A DNA stretch of 31,944 nucleotides from a candidate division WOR-3 bacterium (GTDB taxonomy: Bacteria > Hydrothermota > UBA3072 > B12-G15). Position 1 is the first letter of the stretch. Every line of letters starts with the position of its first letter. Where the stretch lies: contig CBFGJG010000015.1 of the NCBI GenBank assembly GCA_965649055.1, positions 1 to 31,944 on the forward strand, written 5' to 3'. The notes under the pieces are model-generated. The model did no database searches. It saw only the letters and a list, made by a program, of their open reading frames with translations, and was not told the DNA's origin. The translations under genes were made by a program, and so were the position numbers. Shown here piece by piece: positions 1 to 9,269 of the stretch.

Positions 1-26
1 TAATCAAAAAAAATAAAGGAGGTCTT

Positions 27-290
27 ATGAAATCTCTATTTATTTTTCTAATACTTCCTATTGTTATCTATTCTTCGTATGGTATAAATTATCATAAAGT
101 CTTAAATTCCGGAAATGATAATATTATAATTAAGAGTGTTCTTGGTGTTTCCCCTGATGTTATTAGTGAATATTGTAGTAATACGAAAATGATGGCGGAT
201 GATTTTGATTGGACCCTTTTTTCTTGTTTTTGTATAGGTGGTTTTGTAGTTTCTGTTATGTTAATATGGTGGTATCAAGTAGGTGATTAA
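27..290 (+). CDS. Small hypothetical protein with signal peptide and C-terminal TM helix; paralogue of 301..660
   Basis: AAGGAGG SD before ATG; MKSLFIFLILP signal-like N-terminus; shares LGV..I..Y...W....CIG with the next ORF. Confidence 0.7.
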   Translation: MKSLFIFLILPIVIYSSYGINYHKVLNSGNDNIIIKSVLGVSPDVISEYCSNTKMMADDFDWTLFSCFCIGGFVVSVMLIWWYQVGD

Positions 291-300
291 GGGGTGAAAT

Positions 301-660
301 ATGAAAAGAATACTCTATTTATCATTAATATTAATATACTTATTCCCCAATTTTTGTTTTGGAAAACATAATGATGAACCACAGATTTCATTAAAGATTG
401 TTAGACTTTTAGGAGTTCCAAGTAATGATATTATGAATTATTACGAGTCTTATTATAATAAAGAAAATGAACCATCCTGGTGCACAACAGCGATATGTAT
501 AGGTTTTACTATTATGGGTGTTGCGTATATTTTAGCCCAATTTAGCGAGTTATTTTCAGAATTACCAAAAGAAATTACCTGTGGTTGTTGCACCGGGATA
601 ATATTAGGTGTTATTTTTGCATACCTTGTTCCATTTGATAAAGTTGCTTCACCTATTTAA
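301..660 (+). CDS. Small hypothetical membrane protein with signal peptide and two Cys-rich TM helices
   Basis: GGGGTG SD; hydrophobic N-terminus; two hydrophobic segments (WCTTAICIGF..., TCGCCTGIILG...). Confidence 0.7.
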   Translation: MKRILYLSLILIYLFPNFCFGKHNDEPQISLKIVRLLGVPSNDIMNYYESYYNKENEPSWCTTAICIGFTIMGVAYILAQFSELFSELPKEITCGCCTGIILGVIFAYLVPFDKVASPI

Positions 661-667
661 TATATTG

Positions 668-704
668 ATAAAAATGAACATTTTTAGGAGTTGACAAAAG
701 ATGT
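668..704 (+). repeat. 37-bp intergenic element, copy 1 (copy 2 at 4462..4498)
   Basis: ataaaaatgaacatttttaggagttgacaaaagatgt vs ataaaaatcaacatttttaggacaggataaaaaatgt; 31/37 identical by eye, ungapped. Confidence 0.7.
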
Positions 705-710
705 ATAATT

Positions 711-918
711 AAAGGAGGTATTTATGAAAACCTCTAAACAAACTTCAGTTTTTTTGGCTTTATCAAGGGTATTTTTCTTAATGTTTATTTTTCTAAACGC
801 AGGATTGTTAATTGCGCAGAAACTTCCAAATCCACCAGAACTTATTCCATATCGTAAAGGTGATAAATGGGGATTCTGTGATAGGAATAAGAAGATAGTG
901 ATTGAATGTAAGTATGAT
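711..918 (+). repeat. Direct repeat (RBS plus 5' end of WG-repeat gene), copy 1; copy 2 at 4140..4347
   Basis: 208 nt ungapped, about 15 mismatches by manual alignment. Confidence 0.9.
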
Positions 919-1908
919 GGTGCACTGCCTTTCTCTGAAGAACTTGCAGCAGTTAAATTGAATGGTAAATGGGGTTTTGTAGATAAGACAGGAAAAGAGG
1001 TTATTCCACCAAAGTATGATCAGGTCAGGAATTTTTCTGAAGGTTTGGCTGCTATTCAACTTTATGGGAAATGGGGCTATATAGACAAGAAAGGGAAGGT
1101 TATTATTCAACCGAAATATGATGGAACATGGTTCTTTTCCGAGGGTCTTGCTGTGGTTCAATTGAATAGTGAATGGGGAGAATCCTATGCAAAATTTGGT
1201 TATATAGATAAGAAGGGTAAAGAGGTAATACCGGTAAAATATAATGGTGCTTTTCCTTTTTCCGAGGGTCTTGCTGTGGTTATGGTTGATGGGACATTTG
1301 GTAAATATGGCTATATAGATAAAGAAGGTAAGGAGGTTATTCCGCCTAAATACGAGAATGCCTTGCGTTTTTCTAATGGACGTGCGCTTGTTAAATTGAA
1401 TAATAAATGGGGATATATAGATGTTAATGGTAATGAGAATTGGGAAGGAATATCATCCGGCTATAATATATTTGATATAGTGAATTATATAGAATGTGTA
1501 AATGAATTCAGAATTAAATTTGATATTTACACTCTTTATAATATAGCTAAGTATGAACAAATAAATAATTATATAAATTCAAATAAGGAGTTTTTTTATA
1601 ATCTTGGAATAATTAGTGTGGAAACAAAAGGAGATATTATAAATTTACAGAATTTATTGAACGAAAAATTAAAAATTTTTGGATTTATTATAGAAACCAG
1701 CGGAAAGTTTGGCGTTGAAGTATACAAAGCCTTAGATATATTGATAAAACTTAAAAAATTAGACATAGAAAATGTTAAAAATGTGAAAGAATTACAAGAG
1801 GAATTAAACAAAAGAATAAAAGAAAAAGGAAGGCAAGATACATTGGAAGTAGACGGAATATTAAATGGAAAAACTATTGAAATAATAGACGAACTTACAA
1901 AGAATTAA
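724..1908 (+). CDS. Secreted WG-repeat (KWG/WG_beta_rep) protein with C-terminal tandem peptidoglycan-binding-like domains
   Basis: Repeated FSEGLA.V...GKWG(F/Y)IDK.GK.VI..KY units; C-terminal 'DIINLQNLLN..SGKFG..V.KAL' and 'VKELQEELN..VDGILNGKT' resemble PG_binding_1; AAAGGAGG SD. Confidence 0.85.
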   Translation: MKTSKQTSVFLALSRVFFLMFIFLNAGLLIAQKLPNPPELIPYRKGDKWGFCDRNKKIVIECKYDGALPFSEELAAVKLNGKWGFVDKTGKEVIPPKYDQVRNFSEGLAAIQLYGKWGYIDKKGKVIIQPKYDGTWFFSEGLAVVQLNSEWGESYAKFGYIDKKGKEVIPVKYNGAFPFSEGLAVVMVDGTFGKYGYIDKEGKEVIPPKYENALRFSNGRALVKLNNKWGYIDVNGNENWEGISSGYNIFDIVNYIECVNEFRIKFDIYTLYNIAKYEQINNYINSNKEFFYNLGIISVETKGDIINLQNLLNEKLKIFGFIIETSGKFGVEVYKALDILIKLKKLDIENVKNVKELQEELNKRIKEKGRQDTLEVDGILNGKTIEIIDELTKN

Positions 1909-1950
1909 AAAAAGATAAAGAATGCTATATTCTAAAATAAAGGAGGTTGT

Positions 1951-3270
1951 ATGAAAAAAATAATTAATTTAATGTTTTTTATATTGGTTTTGACATTTTT
2001 TACCTGTAAAAAAGAAGATAATAATGGAGAGAAAATAAAGATAACATTTATTAAAGAATTCACAAAAATTGGCAATAAAATTCCATATATATTTAATGTT
2101 GTTGCAGGGGAAGATGGTGATTTGAATGCAAGCAGGACTTTCAGATTTAAAATCTTTTGGGGTGATGATTCATCAGAATGGGCTACAGGGAGTTTTATTG
2201 AGGGAAGAAGATGCTCCTTCAGGCGTTCTTATATTAATCAGGGAGAATATTTTTTATATGCTCTAAGTGTTTTTGAAAATACAGGTGAAACACTTTATAG
2301 TGACACATTAAATATTACGGTAATACCTACATGGGTAGAAGTTGTCTCTGGAGATGAATGTGTAGATGTTTGTTTAACAGGTAATGGTGAATATATAGCT
2401 GTAGGAACCATCTATGGTTTATATGCTAATGAGGTTTATGTAATAAAATTTAATGGGGATGGCGAAGTAATATGGGAAAAAACATATTATGAGTCTGGAT
2501 TTAACAACTGGTGTAATGGATATGCGATAGCACCAACAAGTGATTTAGGATGTATTATCGGAGGTAAGATGGGTAACTATGCCCTGATGAAAATCAACTC
2601 TTCTGGGGATATAGAATGGTTAAAATCTTATAACTTTCCAGCAGTTTGCTACTCTATAAGAAAGTTAGAGGATGGTGATTATATTGTGGTTGGAAGCACT
2701 TATAATGATACTACAGGAGTAGATGCTTTAATATTCAAAATAAAACCTGATGGTGATTTGATTTGGAAAACAAGTTTTGGTGGATTTTCCCAAGATATTA
2801 TAAGAAGTGTATGTTTATCAAATGATGGTTATATAGTTGTTGGCTATAAAAACTCTACTGAACTATTAGCTGCAAAGATAGGGTTTGAAGGTCAGATTTT
2901 ATGGGAAAAGACATATGGAGAAGGAATGATGGATGGGAAAGATATATGTAGAACAAAAGATGGATATTTTATAATTGTAGGTGATTATGGTATTTTAAAA
3001 ATAGATGACAATGGAGGGCTTATTTGGAAAAAAGATTATATTTTGAATTGTATTTGCCTTGCAGATGATAACAATTTCATAACTGCTGGATATAACAAGG
3101 TGTTAAAAGTAGATAATGATGGTAATATCATATGGGAAACCCATCCTGGAAATCGTAGAAAAATTCAGAGGATATTGCCCTATTTTGACGGTGGATTTAT
3201 TGGAGTAGGAATATTTGAGGGTTGGGGTGAAATTTTAAAAATGGACCCACAGGGTGAATCACAATATTAA
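1951..3270 (+). CDS. Lipoprotein with PKD-like domain and C-terminal beta-propeller repeats
   Basis: MKK..FFTC-KKED lipoprotein-like signal; 'FWGDDSSEW' PKD-like motif; repeated K...G..IW(E/K)K.Y blades; AAGGAGG SD. Confidence 0.75.
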   Translation: MKKIINLMFFILVLTFFTCKKEDNNGEKIKITFIKEFTKIGNKIPYIFNVVAGEDGDLNASRTFRFKIFWGDDSSEWATGSFIEGRRCSFRRSYINQGEYFLYALSVFENTGETLYSDTLNITVIPTWVEVVSGDECVDVCLTGNGEYIAVGTIYGLYANEVYVIKFNGDGEVIWEKTYYESGFNNWCNGYAIAPTSDLGCIIGGKMGNYALMKINSSGDIEWLKSYNFPAVCYSIRKLEDGDYIVVGSTYNDTTGVDALIFKIKPDGDLIWKTSFGGFSQDIIRSVCLSNDGYIVVGYKNSTELLAAKIGFEGQILWEKTYGEGMMDGKDICRTKDGYFIIVGDYGILKIDDNGGLIWKKDYILNCICLADDNNFITAGYNKVLKVDNDGNIIWETHPGNRRKIQRILPYFDGGFIGVGIFEGWGEILKMDPQGESQY

Positions 3271-3373
3271 CAAATTCTAATATGGAAGAATTTGAAATGT
3301 TTAGTGATTTTTTAAAAAGAAAGCGTCGAATTATTAAGAAGGAAAATTTCAAAAATAAAAAGGTGGTGTAATT

Positions 3374-4117
3374 ATGAAAGTTTCTCTTATAATTGTTGGT
3401 GCAATTTTATTTGTAACAGGTCTGCTTTTTGCATATTCTAATCCGATTATTACGTTATATTTGACTATCTGTGGTATTGGTTGTTTTTTTGCTGGGATTA
3501 TTCTGCAGATTATTACAAAAAACAAGGTAAAAAAAGACGAAAAATCAGTTACAAGAAAAAGACAATTCTGGGGTTCAGATTTGGAATTGATTATTGCAGG
3601 GATTTTATTTTTTATTATCGCATCAATAGGTCTTTCAAGTTATCGTTACTCGAAGGTTGGGTTGGGCTTTATAGTTCTTGGTGCTTTTGGTTTATTATTG
3701 ATTCTGTTTGCCTTTGTCCGAATAATAATTTCACTGATTAAAGGCGAGGAAAAGAGATGGAAGTTATTTGCAGGCTGGTTATTCTTTATACTTGGTGCAA
3801 TCCTTTTTGGTTCTGCAACTTTACCACCACTTAAGGCATCCGTTTTAATCCTGATCATCGGTATTATTCTTGGTATTGTTGGTCTAATTTTCATATCTTT
3901 GCATATAACGGCGAGCAATCTTCAGGGTATCATGCAAATAAGACAGATTCTTAACAATCTGGGGAGCATCTTTTTGGTTTTAGGTATTGTGGGGATTGGT
4001 TTAATCGGATATAATCCTTCACTCCAGAAAATTTTTTATATTTCAATAATTGTAGCTATTGTAATTTATATTATAAGTTTATTATTAAAGACATTGGTAA
4101 AAAAAGAAGGTGATTAG
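3374..4117 (+). CDS. Hypothetical multi-pass membrane protein (~8 TM)
   Basis: AGGTGG SD; multiple Gly-rich hydrophobic helices. Confidence 0.75.
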   Translation: MKVSLIIVGAILFVTGLLFAYSNPIITLYLTICGIGCFFAGIILQIITKNKVKKDEKSVTRKRQFWGSDLELIIAGILFFIIASIGLSSYRYSKVGLGFIVLGAFGLLLILFAFVRIIISLIKGEEKRWKLFAGWLFFILGAILFGSATLPPLKASVLILIIGIILGIVGLIFISLHITASNLQGIMQIRQILNNLGSIFLVLGIVGIGLIGYNPSLQKIFYISIIVAIVIYIISLLLKTLVKKEGD

Positions 4118-4139
4118 ATGAAAAATTGTTATGAACAAA

Positions 4140-4347
4140 AAAGGAGGTATTTATGAAAACTTTTAAACAAACTTCAGTTTTTTCAGGTTTATCAAGGGTA
4201 TTTTTCTTAATGTTTATTTTTCTAAACTCAGGATTGTTAACTGCACAGACACTTCCAAATCCACCGGAGCTTATCCCATATCGTAAAGGTGATAAGTGGG
4301 GATTCTGTGATAGGAATAAGAAGATAGTGATTGGATGTAAATATGAT
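4140..4347 (+). repeat. Direct repeat, copy 2 of 711..918
   Basis: Same RBS aaaggaggtattt-atg and near-identical first ~65 codons. Confidence 0.9.
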
Positions 4348-4443
4348 TTTGCAGGCCCCTTTTCTGAGGGACTTTCCATAGTTAAGTTAAATGGCAAATG
4401 GGGTTTCATAGATGCTAATGGTAATGAGTATTGGGAAGAATAG
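4153..4443 (+). CDS. Short WG-repeat protein, internally contracted paralogue of 724..1908
   Basis: Near-identical signal peptide and first repeat; ends in KWGFIDANGNEYWEE, matching the last repeat of the long copy. Confidence 0.8.
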   Translation: MKTFKQTSVFSGLSRVFFLMFIFLNSGLLTAQTLPNPPELIPYRKGDKWGFCDRNKKIVIGCKYDFAGPFSEGLSIVKLNGKWGFIDANGNEYWEE

Positions 4444-4461
4444 GTTAGATGATTTTGGTAA

Positions 4462-4498
4462 ATAAAAATCAACATTTTTAGGACAGGATAAAAAATGT
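4462..4498 (+). repeat. 37-bp intergenic element, copy 2
   Basis: Matches 668..704; internal acattttt...aaaaatgt inverted repeat. Confidence 0.7.
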
Positions 4499-4531
4499 CG
4501 ATATTTGGAAAGATGCAAAATGAGAGGAAAA

Positions 4532-5275
4532 ATGATAATTGATATAAATTTTAATTTTTACTCAGAAGCAAAAAACGGAGAACCTGACTTAACCAGTCCA
4601 ACACTACGAAAATATCATAAAATTTTGTGGAGTAAACCTTTACCAAATGGTAAAATATTCGAATTATATGACAATAAAAAAGGAGCTTATTTGTATCATA
4701 ACTCAGAACTTGGAGAATTCTTTTTGTCAAGCGATGCGATAACACACTTATATATAAATCATAAAAGGAAACAATGGTTAATAAAACAAATACCAAAGGA
4801 GGTAGAAGAGCTTGAAGAAGCAGGAGGTACCATTGGAGCATATACAATTTTCCCAAGTAATAGAATAGATGGAAAGAACACAATCAATCAAGAGCGTGGT
4901 GTTAATAAATTTATAGATGATAGATTTGATTTAACATTAGAATGTATTCGTCTTTTTTATTTAGGTGAAAAAAGTCCCCTTTATGAAACTTTATTGAGAT
5001 ATAAAAACTTCTTTGATTTATTCGATAATTTTATCGGTTACGTTCAATTCTTTTTATTTGAAGATTTACTTGATGAAAACAATAAAATAAAGTTTTTTTT
5101 GCCATTTGATGGCTTTAAGACTCGCCCAGTATTTTCGAGTGTTGACGAATATTTGTTGTATAAAGAAAATGTAATGAATTTTATAAGAGCAAGAAATAAA
5201 AGGATAGAAATTTATGTAAACTCAAAAGTTAAAAAGGAAATTTTTTTGGATAAGACAAAATGTATTGAAATTTAA
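4532..5275 (+). CDS. DUF6994-like hypothetical protein
   Basis: 'PDLTSPTLRKYHKILWSKPLPNG', 'LSSDAI', 'TINQERG..FIDDRFDLTLECIR' recognised from memory; ATG 4532 follows a GAGG SD (ORF track starts at 4505). Confidence 0.65.
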   Translation: MIIDINFNFYSEAKNGEPDLTSPTLRKYHKILWSKPLPNGKIFELYDNKKGAYLYHNSELGEFFLSSDAITHLYINHKRKQWLIKQIPKEVEELEEAGGTIGAYTIFPSNRIDGKNTINQERGVNKFIDDRFDLTLECIRLFYLGEKSPLYETLLRYKNFFDLFDNFIGYVQFFLFEDLLDENNKIKFFLPFDGFKTRPVFSSVDEYLLYKENVMNFIRARNKRIEIYVNSKVKKEIFLDKTKCIEI

Positions 5276-5277
5276 TA

Positions 5278-6345
5278 TTAAAATATTATTTTTATATCTG
5301 TTTCTTTGTTTATAATTATTAATTCTTCTCTTCTTTCAATGTAATTTTTTAATATTCCTAAATCACCCTGCTCAATATCTTTAAAAATTTTATTTTTATC
5401 ACTTGTTTCTTTTTTGAGAAGTATACAATCTTTTATTCCATCTTCAGTGCATATATTATTCCTTAACCTTCCTTTCTCAGACCTTGTATCGCTTAAAAAA
5501 CAAAATGTATCTCTTAAATCTTCTTCACCTTTTTTTATCACAAGATATGCAAATTTTAGCCTTAAATCCCTGAATAGTTTTCTATTTATAACTTCAATAA
5601 AAAATGGATATTCCCATTTTCTAACATTATAACACCAAATATTTTTCATTAAAAGAGGGCATTCACCTTTGTGATTACAGGGTAAAACAAGGTTTTTTCT
5701 AACTATATCATTCCTTATCTTCATTATAATCTGCGATGATTCCTTTAATGCAGGCTCAATCAGAATCAATATAGCATCATCATTCATTCTCCTTAATAGT
5801 TTATTTATGAACCTCTGGCTTTCACCAATTATTTCACAGAGAATGTTTGAAGATATTATAATATCAAATTCTTCAATATTTATATTTTCTAAATTTATAA
5901 TGTTCATATTCACAGATTCGAAATTTTTTCCTGTAATCTTAATAAATTCATCATAATAATTCAATCTTTCAAAAGAATTGTCTATTCCTTTAAAATATTT
6001 TATAATATCACCTAAAACAGCATAAATTCCAATGCTACCTGCACCTTCACCACATCCAATATCAAGAACTTTAGCTTCTTTTTGCTTTATCATGTTTAAA
6101 CTCTTAATAATGTTCATAATCCACATCACCTTTGCTATATTCATTGGAAAGTTGTATGAAAGATATGCTATCTCATTATTTTCGTCATATCTATTTTTAT
6201 TATAGAAATCATCGGAAAGACTCACCAATCTGTTTCTTATATTGTTTATTGTCTTTTCGTATTCTTTAATATTATCACTATTTAGACCTTCAAGACCTAT
6301 TATTTTCATTAATTTCTCTTCTATAATTTTAGGTATTCTTATCAT
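5278..6345 (-). CDS. Class I SAM-dependent methyltransferase, Rsm22/METTL17-like
   Basis: VLDIGCGEG motif I; 'AYLSYNFP', 'LILIEPA', 'PCNHKGECP..WC', 'ICTEDG'. Confidence 0.75.
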   Translation of the reverse strand: MIRIPKIIEEKLMKIIGLEGLNSDNIKEYEKTINNIRNRLVSLSDDFYNKNRYDENNEIAYLSYNFPMNIAKVMWIMNIIKSLNMIKQKEAKVLDIGCGEGAGSIGIYAVLGDIIKYFKGIDNSFERLNYYDEFIKITGKNFESVNMNIINLENINIEEFDIIISSNILCEIIGESQRFINKLLRRMNDDAILILIEPALKESSQIIMKIRNDIVRKNLVLPCNHKGECPLLMKNIWCYNVRKWEYPFFIEVINRKLFRDLRLKFAYLVIKKGEEDLRDTFCFLSDTRSEKGRLRNNICTEDGIKDCILLKKETSDKNKIFKDIEQGDLGILKNYIERREELIIINKETDIKIIF

Positions 6346-6414
6346 ATTTCAATAATACCATATTTTTATTTTTATGTTTTGTCAAATAATTTTAATATTT
6401 CTCTTTTATAATTA

Positions 6415-6437
6415 CACAGGCTAAAGCCTGTGACTAC
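6415..6437 (-). repeat. Solitary GTAG-type REP-like palindrome
   Basis: Minus strand reads GTAG-T-CACAGGC-TTTA-GCCTGTG; GC-rich perfect hairpin in AT-rich intergenic DNA. Confidence 0.6.
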
Positions 6438-6491
6438 CTTAAATTATATCTTTGAAGTTCACAGAATATATATTTTTATTACTTTTTCCTG

Positions 6492-6519
6492 TTGACAAAA
6501 TTATTTTTTTTGTTATCTT
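6492..6519 (+). promoter_or_regulatory. sigma70-type promoter for tRNA-Glu
   Basis: TTGACA (6492-6497), 16 nt, TG-n-TATCTT (6511-6519), 9 nt upstream of the tRNA. Confidence 0.6.
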
Positions 6520-6528
6520 ACTTCCATA

Positions 6529-6601
6529 GGCCCCGTCGTCTAATGGCTTAGGACATCACTCTTTCAAGGTGAAGATGGGGGTTCGATTCCCCTCGGGGCT
6601 A
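6529..6601 (+). tRNA. tRNA-Glu (TTC)
   Basis: GGCCCCG/CGGGGCT acceptor stem; anticodon arm TCACT-CTTTCAA-GGTGA; GGTTCGATTCC T-arm; CCA not encoded. Confidence 0.95.
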
Positions 6602-6787
6602 TTGTTCCTCCGGAATAATAAAAATACCTATGATATATGCAATAAGTATTGGGAAAATACCTGTTATGAGACATAATATAACAACTATAAGCCTTAAAAT
6701 AACAGGGTCCATTTCAAAGTATTCTGCAAGACCACCACATATACCTGCAAGTTTTCTTTCTTTTTTAGAACGGTATAATCTTTTCAT
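6599..6787 (-). CDS. pspC: PspC domain-containing protein
   Basis: MKRLYRSKKERKLAGICGGLAEYF..DP..LRL...AY....IIPEE is the PspC signature; ATG 6787 follows a GGAGGT SD. Confidence 0.85.
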   Translation of the reverse strand: MKRLYRSKKERKLAGICGGLAEYFEMDPVILRLIVVILCLITGIFPILIAYIIGIFIIPEEQ

Positions 6788-6842
6788 AGAACCTCCATTT
6801 TCTAAATATTTTAAGGTTAAAATTAAAAATTTCAAGTATATA

Positions 6843-6871
6843 TTGACATATTTAAACATCTTTTTTATAAT
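6843..6871 (+). promoter_or_regulatory. Consensus sigma70 promoter for the tRNA-Gly-tgt-yajC-fmt-purF unit
   Basis: TTGACA (6843-6848), 17 nt, TATAAT (6866-6871). Confidence 0.8.
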
Positions 6872-6873
6872 AA

Positions 6874-8353
<1,480 letters not shown>

Positions 8354-8354
8354 T

Positions 8355-9269
8355 ATGAAGTTTATATTTTTAGGTTCATCAGGTTTTTCAACTAATGTTT
8401 TAAAAAGGATTCACAATGAAATTGATGTCGCATTTACAGTCACAAAATCTCCTAAAAAAGGGGGAAGAGGTTTAAAACTCCAGAGCACAGGTGTAAAAAA
8501 ATTTTCTGATAGCATTGGAATTGAATGTATAGAAACGGATAATCCAGATTCTTTAATACCAAGAATAAAGAAAGAAAAAATAGACGGGCTTATACTTGCA
8601 TCATATGGTGCTATACTTTCAAAGGAATTTTTAGATTCGACAAAGTATCCTTTTAATATTCATCCTTCACTTCTTCCAAAATACAGAGGTTCAACCCCTA
8701 TTCAAAGGGCAATACAGAATGGTGAAGAAATAACAGGGGTTACAATCTTTTTGATGGACGAAGGGCTTGATACAGGTGATATAGTTTTACAGAAATCAAT
8801 AAAAATCCTGCCTTTTGAGGTTGCAACAGAACTTGAAGAAAGACTTGCCGAGCTTGGTGGAGAAATGATGATTGAAGTGGTTGATTCTTTAAAAAATAAG
8901 AAGAAACTGAAGAGGATAAAACAAGACCATACAAAAGCAACTTATACAAAGAAGATAAAACCTGAAGAACTATTGATAGACTGGAATCAACCTGCAGATG
9001 TGATTGTTAACAAGATAAGGGCATTTGCTTATGAACCCGGTGCATACACACACTGGAGGGAAAAAAGATTAAAAATATTCAGGGCTATACCTATAAAAGG
9101 TAAGACAGGTAATCCGGGTGCAATACTATCTTTAAGGGGATTTATATTTGTTGCAGCACAGGATGGTATGGTCGGGATAAAAGAATTGCAACTTGAAGGA
9201 AAAAAGAAAATGGATGTTGAAATTTTTTTAAATGGGCATAAAATGAATATAGGAGAATTTTTAGGTTAA
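8355..9269 (+). CDS. fmt: Methionyl-tRNA formyltransferase
   Basis: FNIHPSLLPKYRG.TPIQ.AI..G...TGVT...MDEGLDTGD; C-terminal PGAYT and LQLEGKK.M. Confidence 0.92.
   Translation: MKFIFLGSSGFSTNVLKRIHNEIDVAFTVTKSPKKGGRGLKLQSTGVKKFSDSIGIECIETDNPDSLIPRIKKEKIDGLILASYGAILSKEFLDSTKYPFNIHPSLLPKYRGSTPIQRAIQNGEEITGVTIFLMDEGLDTGDIVLQKSIKILPFEVATELEERLAELGGEMMIEVVDSLKNKKKLKRIKQDHTKATYTKKIKPEELLIDWNQPADVIVNKIRAFAYEPGAYTHWREKRLKIFRAIPIKGKTGNPGAILSLRGFIFVAAQDGMVGIKELQLEGKKKMDVEIFLNGHKMNIGEFLG

Noticed and set aside
241..270. dif site (TTATGTTAA resembles the XerD arm)
   Set aside because: There is no XerC arm at the 6-nt spacing, and it lies inside a CDS.
691..709. Perfect TTGACA and TATAAT hexamers as a sigma70 promoter
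   Set aside because: They are only 7 nt apart, which is incompatible with a 16-18 nt spacer.
711..4443. Diversity-generating retroelement (template/variable repeat pair) in the WG paralogues
   Set aside because: Mismatches include C/T, G/T and C/G changes rather than being adenine-specific, both copies are translated 5' ends, and no reverse transcriptase is present.
1..5275. Integron cassette array
   Set aside because: The genes are co-oriented and one GTTAGAT occurs at 4444, but there are no paired RYYYAAC...GTTRRRY attC structures and no IntI in the window.
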